Assembly (NCBI RefSeq): GCF_021028975.2
Contig: NC_059439.1
Coordinates: 23,570,294 to 23,624,000, forward strand
Direction of reading: 5' to 3'
DNA from: Sphaerodactylus townsendi
Taxonomy: Eukaryota
Length of the DNA stretch: 53,707 bases
Below the pieces are notes generated by a model that worked only from the letters and a program-made list of their open reading frames with translations, was not told the origin of the DNA and did not search any database. Each line of letters opens with the position of its first letter. Within the stretch, counting starts at the first letter, position 1. Made by a program: the position numbers and the translations under genes. Below, piece after piece: positions 46,601-53,707 of this stretch.

Positions 46601-49600
46601 AGAACCTGCCGGATGGCTCATTTTCTCCCCAGATGTTGCGACTCCCATTGCCAACCCGCAGGGCTGTGACAATTGTGAACTAAGCAACAACCCCTTAAAT
46701 TCTAGGGAGGGGGGGTGTGCCACGCCTTTCCAAGTCTCGCCGCCAAGAAGGACGAGCTCTGGGTGTGGTGCCCCTTTTATACTCAGGCTCCTCCCGCCTT
46801 TACTGGCTCGAAGCCAATCATTGCACCCTCCTACAGCATGCCGTCCGGCCATGCTTTGCAAACTACTTTGCCTCCTTGGCTCACCCCAGCCGCAATGGCT
46901 GCCCCCGTTGATCCGGTTGCTGCTATTTACTTTAGTGATAGCATCTTCCATGACACTCTTCTTGACATATTTAGTACTGCATAAACAGAGGAAATATTTT
47001 ATTTTCTGAAAAGCCACAATGATCTACACAAATCAACATAAAAAAATGCTAGGAGGAATGATTAAAGGCAATAGTGTGGGAGTACCAAAGAAAGAAAGAG
47101 ATACCAAAGATTCAGTACATTTTTAATGTTTCTTTACAGTACTGTGATTTGTCTCACTGGCACATTGATGAGAAGGAAAAGTCAAACATTAAAAGTCAAA
47201 TATTACCTCCCATAGTTGATTTCTGGGATGGTCCATCACAGGGTTTTTGCTCATCGTTTGGTGTCTGAATGTGTAAGAAGCATTTAAAGCATGTGCAAAG
47301 GCATAGACTGCATTGTAGATGCTGTAGCTCTGACCAGACATCTGCATTTCAAACTGATCCCCTCCAAGACTCTCCAGCTTTTCCTCTCCTGTGCATTTCC
47401 ATAAATTTGAGCTTCTACAAAAAAATACAATATCCCAGAACTGTCGCATTAAAAAAGTTGGGTGTTGGTAAAGCTTAAACCCCTGGAGGAAGCTCTGAAA
47501 TCCTGGTACATCATTTCTGTGGTCTGCCATAGACAAGGAGCCATGGAAAAACTGGGCATTCCAGTCTGTCCGAACAATCTTTGAAGACAAGTCCCACTGG
47601 GCTGTTGTGATCCAAATCTTCCTCTGCATATATTGCTTACCAATTTCTTCATTTGTATTTATGAGTATTTGTAAACTATGCATGGAGTAAGTGTCTCCAA
47701 ATGCAATAATCACATTGGCTTCTGTGTTATGTAATGTCCTTAAAATATTTCCCTTAACAAATATGTCATATTTATTATTGAAATCATCATGCAAGGGTAT
47801 TGGGGCCTTCTCTGTGAAGGCAACACAGATTCCACGCCTACTGAGCGAGAGGGTCACAGTTTGAGCAAACAGTTCTCCATTGTCATTGTCAGCAACAACG
47901 AGGCCAATCCATGTCCATTTGAAATATTCTATCAATTCCACTATTCCTTCTAACTGAGCAGCTTCGTTTGGAACCATTTGGTAAAAAAAGGGGAACTGAA
48001 TTTTATTACTCAGTGATGGGTGAGCATAAGACAGCTGTAGAAAAATAACAGATATTTTCTTAAAACCTGACAATTGTCTCCCTGAAATTATGCCTATTGA
48101 AAGTAACCCTCCAGTTCCCCGACTTCACACATGCTAAAAACATGCAGGATCTTCAGACAAGGCATTTTGGAAGCATTAATGAAAAACAAATTACAGTGAA
48201 CTCCTAACATCAGAATGACTTTAGTGGTGGGGATGTTTTTGCTAATAATATTACCACTGTTCCTGCTACTATTAGTGGTACAGTCCTACTACTACTAGTA
48301 CTGCAGAATGACAGTAACATAATTACTGCTGCTGATGTTAGAACTACTACGGGAACACTGTGGCTAAACCTGCGTAATCTTTATAACAGAAAAGCAGCAT
48401 TCACTGTGAGTTTCACGCAGCTATGGAACTCTGACTGAGGCTCATTCCGCACATGCAGAATAATGCACTTTCAAACTGCTTTCAGTGCTCTTTGAAGCTG
48501 TGCAGAATGGCAAAATCCACTTGCAAACAGTTGTGAAAGTGGTTTGAAAATGCATTATTTTGCGTGTGCGGAAGGGGCCTGAGATAATCTTGAATGAACC
48601 TTGATTGAATGCTCCCATCTCCTGTTTTCTCCATGGAGTTCTGCATTTTCTACCCTCAAATGTTTTATTTCCAGCCTCCAAATGTTTTAAATGAATCCCC
48701 TTTTCAAATGATCCTTGGGGCTGAAACATTTTGAAAATGTCTTCAGGTTGCTGTGCTATCTCCTTAAAATGTTTTCCGAGCCACTCTGCAATCCCCAGAC
48801 CTCCATCTCAGTGCCATTTTCTGTGCTCAGTCTCTGTTCCCCCTCTCCTATTCTTGGAGCCTTTCTGCTGTTTGATTGCTATTGGGGGATGCTATTCTTT
48901 GAAGGATTCAGCACAGAAGGCACGCAGAATTACAGCACGAAGGTGTGAGGCATAGAAGGCAGAAATCGACAATGTACTAAAAAAGGGGGCAAAAATTAAA
49001 AAATGCTGGCCAGTATTTGTTTCAAAGCTGTGAATGCAGACATAAATCATGTATAGAGGGACTGGCCACCCTTAAGTTCTGGGTTCGCCTGTGCTTTAAT
49101 TCGGACACTGGTAGCCTTATCAATCATATCCTCCCCAGCTCCATGGATCTAAGTGGTGGCGGGCAGTTGAAATTAAAATACTTTCCCTGGGATTCTCCTG
49201 GGAGTCTTTGCAAATGCTACCTCCTTCCGAACTCTTTTTTCAACTAAAAAGGCGACTCCTTGACCAGGAGCTACAAGTTCTACAAGACCAAGTGCGAAGT
49301 AACTGTTCCCCCTTCTTTTTCAACATCAAATTCAAAACCAATCTGATGGCAAACTATCTGAGTATACTCCAAGAGCCCAAGCTTAGATGGATATACACAA
49401 GGGCTCGTTGTAATTCCTTCCCTTGTTCTGTACTCCAAGGGAGGTTTCTTAAAATTGACTCGCAAGAGCGGAAATGCCCCCACTGTACTATAGTGGTGCA
49501 ATCCATGGAACATATAATGCTTAACTGCCCCAAATATGAAGAAGCTAGGACCAGGCTTTTGACTCTTCTTCCTGCTAAGTTTAAGGAATACTCTGTTGCT

Positions 49601-51164
49601 GGGAAGGTTGCATTCCTACTAAACAACTCTTCTTCTGTGATTTTAAATTCTGTAGCTAGGTTCCTTTTAGGAACTTTGGAATAATACCTGTGGTGGTTTT
49701 ATGTATGGAACTTCTTTCTGGATAATGCTGGTTGTTATATTGGTTTTATGCCTAATAAAGGTTTTGTGTATGTATGTATAGAGGGACTGAAAACATGCTT
49801 TTAGAGTTTTCTGTGGAAAGAGCCATGGATAAACCTTGAAATAGCAGTGCAACAGTCATCAATATTTTCAAAGGCTTTCCTGGCCAGAATCACTTTCATG
49901 GCCGGAATCACTGTGTGATTTCCGGGCTGTGTGGCCATATTCTAATGGCAGTTTTTCCTGACATTTCGCCTGCACCTGTGGCTGGCATCTTCTGAGGATC
50001 CCCAGTCATCAATATTATTCCAATAATATAGATTGGAAAATATAATTGCACAGCTCTGGTGACCATTCATAGCTACATTCGAACATCTTAAGCTCTGTTA
50101 CTGCAGTACCTGCACCATTGTGTGCAGCTTTTACTTCACCATTCACCACTAGGTTAGTTTCCTTACATATCTAAGACGTGAGAATTCATCAACTACATCA
50201 CTGTTAGAATGGAATAACATGACAAAATGTAGACTTAGGTAGGCTGTTTGGGCTCAAGTATGATGGATCAGGAATGAACTGTCATTTTGTGTTGGGACAC
50301 TGTACACTGTACATCCCTACCTGAGGGATCTTGTAGAGGTCAAAGATGGTAGCCATCTGGATGGACGCTTCAGAGCTAAGTCCTCCAACAACTGCTGACA
50401 TCTCATATTGCTTTGCACAGTTGAAATTAGGGATGTTTTCTTTCGGTGAAGACAGCAAGGATAGCGCGATATCATACTCTGATCTTCCTCGTAAGAGGCT
50501 GTCATAGAGGCGGAAGCCCAGTGTGACATTGGGTAAGAGATCTGGATCCTTGTTGATTTCATCAACCGTAAAAATGAAGGTGAGGACATGCTGATAATTC
50601 TTCCTCACAAACCTAAAATGGAAGTAAAGAATTCATTCTTTGTACTGGCAGCCTTCTCCCTTCCCTATTTCCAAAATGCCGAATAGTAAAAGAAAAACTA
50701 TTAAAGATCAAACACAAAGAGTCAATTAAATAACCTGATGATAGGACTGGATTCATCCAGCTTTTCTGTTGATAAGGAAGAAATGAAAGATCCCCTTTGA
50801 CCACCCCAAAAGGCTATATTGAGAATCCTGTGACTTGCTATGGACAAAAATAGTTTGGAACACAGTTAAAAGGAAGGGGGACAAGATCGAATTAAATAAA
50901 ACTAGCATGATCCAACCCAATATTCTAAACATGAATCAAGTTGTACATTTTGTGGGTGGTGAAGCCGTCGATCCTTTTGCATTGTGCAGAACAGTCCCCA
51001 CTTCCTCTGTTCCACATATGCGGTTGTTTGAGCTTTGACTGTAGTGGGGAACGTTCAGATTGGAGTTAATAATGTCAACACGTAAACTGAGATATTTATG
51101 CTATGGCTAAAAAAATTAAAATTTGGATGCCTGTACTTTATTCAAGTTGCATACACATTTACTG

Positions 51165-51247
<83 letters not shown>

Positions 51248-51658
51248 CTCTTGGGCAAAGACTTGAACATATTATCTGGTCAGACAGCGATATGCAGAGA
51301 TAAAACTGCACTTTGCCTTAAGGAATTGACTGTTGTGGAAAAAGGTTGGACTACAGTTAATGTTAGCACGTACGCTAAGATATCCATGCCGTGGCAAAGA
51401 TCCTTAAGATCTGGATGCCTGTAGTTTATTTAAGCTGCATACTCACATATACACATATCTATTGAAATTCTGGGGCAAAGACTTGAACTTCTCTTCTGGA
51501 CTGACAGCCATACGCAGAGATGAAATCGCACCAATAACATGATTTCCTGGCTTTAAATAATCAACTTTATATCGGTGAGCGGTTGCCCTACTAATTCCCT
51601 TCAAATTCTTGCTGACAGCTTGAGGCAGAAACAGGAGAAAGAGCAGCAGCAGCAGCAT
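39781..51658 (-). CDS. Vomeronasal type-2 receptor (V2R, class C GPCR), 6 coding exons, ~866-868 aa if the exon-6 frameshift is repaired
   Basis: Exons 51658-51447, 50612-50321, 48034-47207, 44523-44296, 41320-41191, 40698-39781; all introns GT-AG with compatible phases (2,0,0,0,1); signal peptide, Venus flytrap domain, cysteine-rich domain and 7TM. Net +1 frameshift at ~40270-40312. Confidence 0.93.
40741..40860 (+). mobile_element. Penelope-like terminal repeat fragment with hammerhead core, in V2R intron 5
   Basis: CCT-CTGAAGA-T-GCC..GGT-GAAAC-GTT at 40762-40799. Confidence 0.65.
41191..41320 (-). CDS. V2R exon 5 (cysteine-rich domain)
   Basis: [15 protein letters not shown]...[17 protein letters not shown]; atag| and |gtacgt. 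Confidence 0.92.
41442..41967. mobile_element. GC-rich palindromic MITE, Harbinger-like (family C)
   Basis: GGCCCTTTCCGCACGG...CCGTGTGGAAACGGCC, TSD TCA; internal palindrome 41690-41835. Confidence 0.82.
42467..43400 (-). mobile_element. LINE 3' fragment with CCHC-type C-terminus (RTE-X-like) and (CTATT)n tail, interrupted by a SINE
   Basis: RWALSRARF...[19 protein letters not shown]; (AATAG)n at 42467-42532. Confidence 0.55.
42888..43181 (+). mobile_element. Full-length tRNA-derived SINE (Squam3-like)
   Basis: Pol III A and B boxes, CORE-like GGTGACCTTGGGC segment, (CTT)n tail. Confidence 0.85.
43990..44110 (-). mobile_element. Sauria SINE-like fragment
   Basis: Minus strand GCTCAAGGTTGACTCAGCCTTCCAAGGTCAGTGAACTGAGTACC; related fragment at ~33090-33165. 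Confidence 0.55.
44296..44523 (-). CDS. V2R exon 4 (228 bp)
   Basis: [22 protein letters not shown]...[11 protein letters not shown]...IIWP; catttag| and |gtgagc. Confidence 0.93.
44610..45100 (-). mobile_element. LINE 3' fragment, CCHC C-terminus (RTE-X-like)
   Basis: [28 protein letters not shown]; AATAAA followed by a (GAATTG) tail. Confidence 0.6.
45742..46147. mobile_element. Unclassified ~400-bp element with a perfect 20-bp TIR
   Basis: AAAGGGAAGTCACATATGAC (45742-45761) and GTCATATGTGACTTCCCTTT (46128-46147). Confidence 0.7.
46190..46975 (-). mobile_element. GC-rich dispersed repeat related to 17610-18330
   Basis: Shared terminal sequences; TATAAAA-like box on the minus strand near 46775. 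Confidence 0.45.
47207..48034 (-). CDS. V2R exon 3 (828 bp, Venus flytrap domain)
   Basis: [24 protein letters not shown]...FKWTWIGL...[10 protein letters not shown]...FHGSLS...[15 protein letters not shown]; ctacag| and |gtaata. Confidence 0.95.
48439..48579. mobile_element. MITE, Harbinger-like (family A)
   Basis: TSD TGA. Confidence 0.85.
49010..49780 (+). mobile_element. LINE 3' fragment, CCHC C-terminus (RTE-X-like)
   Basis: [33 protein letters not shown]; AATAAA followed by a (GTAT)n tail. Confidence 0.6.
49860..50000 (-). mobile_element. Penelope-like terminal repeat fragment (mutated hammerhead core)
   Basis: Same family as 7578-7700; CAGTCATCAATATT occurs on both sides (49853 and 50003). 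Confidence 0.65.
50321..50612 (-). CDS. V2R exon 2 (292 bp)
   Basis: [35 protein letters not shown]...IPNFNC...LYKIPQ; ttttag| and |gtaggg. Confidence 0.95.
51168..51244. repeat. (GT)n microsatellite
   Basis: About 38 uninterrupted GT units. Confidence 0.98.
51447..51658 (-). CDS. V2R exon 1 (signal peptide)
   Basis: [16 protein letters not shown]...[14 protein letters not shown]; donor AT|GTGAGT in phase with exon 2. Confidence 0.88.
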
Positions 51659-51832
51659 CTGTGGTCAATGAAATCTATTTTCTCATTGGAAATCTTTGTT
51701 CATGGCCAACAATTGTGATTTCTTACAATGTTTAACACGTTCTGCTGCAAAGAGCCATGGAGAGTTGCACATTGCGCTCCCAGTCTTCGATTTTAACTTC
51801 TCTCGATATCTGACTCAGCACAGGTTTCAGCA

Positions 51833-51838
51833 TTTATA
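51833..51838 (-). promoter_or_regulatory. Candidate TATA box for the V2R
   Basis: TATAAA on the minus strand ~175 bp upstream of the ATG; positional evidence only. Confidence 0.3.
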
Positions 51839-52177
51839 AGAGACTTCACAGTTTATCAGTGAGATTTTGTTGAGTTCTGCAAATGGCTTGTTTGGTGATT
51901 CTGAAAGTTCCTTTTGAAAATCCCCCGGGCTTGTCCCTGTAGAAGACTCAATGATATCCTTGTTCGATAATAACAGGGGAGATAATCACCACCCCCTAGC
52001 TTTGCTTTCTTTTGACTTTCTCTGCTTTAACACTTGATGTGTAAAGTTCTTTATACTCTTTGGTAGGTAAACAGGCATGCTATGAGTGACATTTTACGAT
52101 ATACAAAAGTGGAAATTACCTTTACCATATACATAAATGGAAGTTACCTTCCTCTTTTTCTTCGACTCCCACAGTCA

Positions 52178-52583
52178 GGCTCATTCCGCATGGGCCAAAA
52201 ACAGTGGTGTGAAAACGGTGTGAAAATGGTATAAACCCTTTTATCCTGTTTTAAACCCATTTACACCATTTTCACAGCGGCCCTTTCCCCACTTACCGTT
52301 TGCTGCGCGCTACTGTCCCCAAATAGTGCATGGTCCAACGGTGCTCCCCACCAGTCCGGGCGGCAACAACGCAGCTGCCCCGACTCTGCGCTCTCACATC
52401 CCCTCAGTGCGCGTCATTTCTGATGCTGAAGAAACAGCACCTCCTGACTGCCCTGCGCAGAGTGCAGAGGAACATGACCCCATGGCGGAAATTGCTCACG
52501 CTGGGAGTAGCGCGCCACAAACCGTAAGTGGGGAAAGGCCCACTGTTTTCACACCACTGTTTTTGGCCCATGCAGAATGAGCC
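52178..52583. mobile_element. Family-B MITE with another MITE nested at 52279-52541
   Basis: Outer TSD TCA; inner termini GGCCCTTTCCCCACTTAC / GTAAGTGGGGAAAGGCCC. Confidence 0.78.
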
Positions 52584-53504
52584 TCAGTGTTTTATTAGGT
52601 TAGGTCATTTCAAGGCAACATGAAATACATGGACCAATAAGGGAAGTCATGGCCTTCAGTTTGCAAGATTGGAGTAAAACACTTACTGATAAGAGATTTG
52701 GTGGTGAACCTTCTAGTTTTAGAGGCAGTAGCATTTCTCACTTGTACAGGGCAGATGCAGGCATCATGTGGCAAGTGAATCAGTTTTTCACCCTTTTCCA
52801 GTGAGTTCAAAAAATAGAGTGAAGAAATCTTTCTGAAATAATATCAAAGTGTGTGTGCTAGGAGAGTCAGTTTCTACTATTTGGAAAAATACTTCCTCTT
52901 CCAATTCAGGTATGACTTGAGGCCACTTCCCCCCTTATTTCTCCTTGAATCTACATTGAACATCCCTTGGTAGTTACGCATCGTAGGCATCAGAAACAAG
53001 TTAACAGTAATCTTACTCATGATCCTTTCTGGGTAGTAAAAGAAAATTCTTCTGCTTTTTTTAATGAGCAAAAATATGATGACATCTCATATATTATCCA
53101 CTATGTTACAATATTATTTGTTTTCAGAATGGAAACCTACTGACAAATATCCCCCCTTTTTGGAAACCATAATTTCAGTATCCACAGTAATTATTTTACC
53201 ATTGTTCTGTTAATTTTTCTTACAGCACCCTCCAAAGCCTTGGGGGGGCAGGATGCAGCACCATGGCCACTCCATCTCGTTGCCTCCAAGAGGGCTTTTC
53301 AACAGCACAGAGCACAGCATAGGAAGCTCAGCACAGGGAGGCAAAGAACAAAACAAACTTCCTTATTTCCAGAAAGTCTCCACTGAATCCCATGGACTTT
53401 ACGTATGCATGGTTAATTTACATGATGTAGAAATCAAACCAAAGCTGACTTATGGCAATCATGTAGGGTTCTGAAGGCAAGCGGCATGCACAGGTGGTTG
53501 CCAA

Positions 53505-53643
53505 TGGCTACCTCCATGTGGACTGAGATAGTCTTGAGGGAACTGTGACTGGCCCAAGTTTACTCATCAGGCTTCATCTGGAGGAGTGGTGAATTGTACA
53601 TGGTTCTGCAGATTAGAGTCCACTATTCTTAACCGGTACACCA
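53505..53643 (-). mobile_element. tRNA-derived SINE fragment
   Basis: Similar to 17450-17603 and 40865-40931. Confidence 0.6.
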
Positions 53644-53707
53644 TGTTTCTTCCCCTTCTTGATCCATTGGTCCATGTGTTATGCATTAATTATCTTACTG
53701 ATTCTAA

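Noticed and set aside
46323-47017. 228-aa and 175-aa overlapping ORFs
   Set aside because: Pro/Gly-rich open frames within a GC-rich repeat, with no recognisable domain.
51700-53707. Searched for the missing 5' end (N-terminus and TM1) of the truncated OR upstream of the V2R
   Set aside because: No EF(I/L)LLG or GN-LI-type OR motif recognised within the window.

Overview
Vertebrate genomic DNA, most likely a squamate reptile and plausibly a gecko, judged from the repeat content (CR1, L2, Penelope-like elements, Sauria-type and tRNA-derived SINEs). The window is a chemoreceptor locus. It holds six olfactory receptor (OR) genes: four with open reading frames (one cut by the window edge), one recent paralog with a 1-bp homopolymer frameshift, and one 5'-truncated pseudogene. 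It also holds a complete 6-exon vomeronasal type-2 receptor (V2R, class C GPCR) gene on the minus strand (51658-39781), with one local frameshift in the 7TM exon. The most striking structure is at 39781. The V2R stop codon sits about 40 nt upstream of a headless OR, on the same strand and in the same reading frame, with only the single TAG between them. The first AATAAA downstream of the V2R overlaps the OR stop codon, so a chimeric V2R-OR transcript is predicted. Other notable items are hammerhead-ribozyme motifs in Penelope-like repeats, a predicted split-exon N-terminus for the duplicated OR pair, a relic duplicate of V2R exon 1, a 150-bp-arm fold-back with a 16-bp flanking direct repeat, and many MITEs (Harbinger-type, hAT, Tc2-like), some nested or sharing cargo. 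All calls were made by eye, with no database searches.
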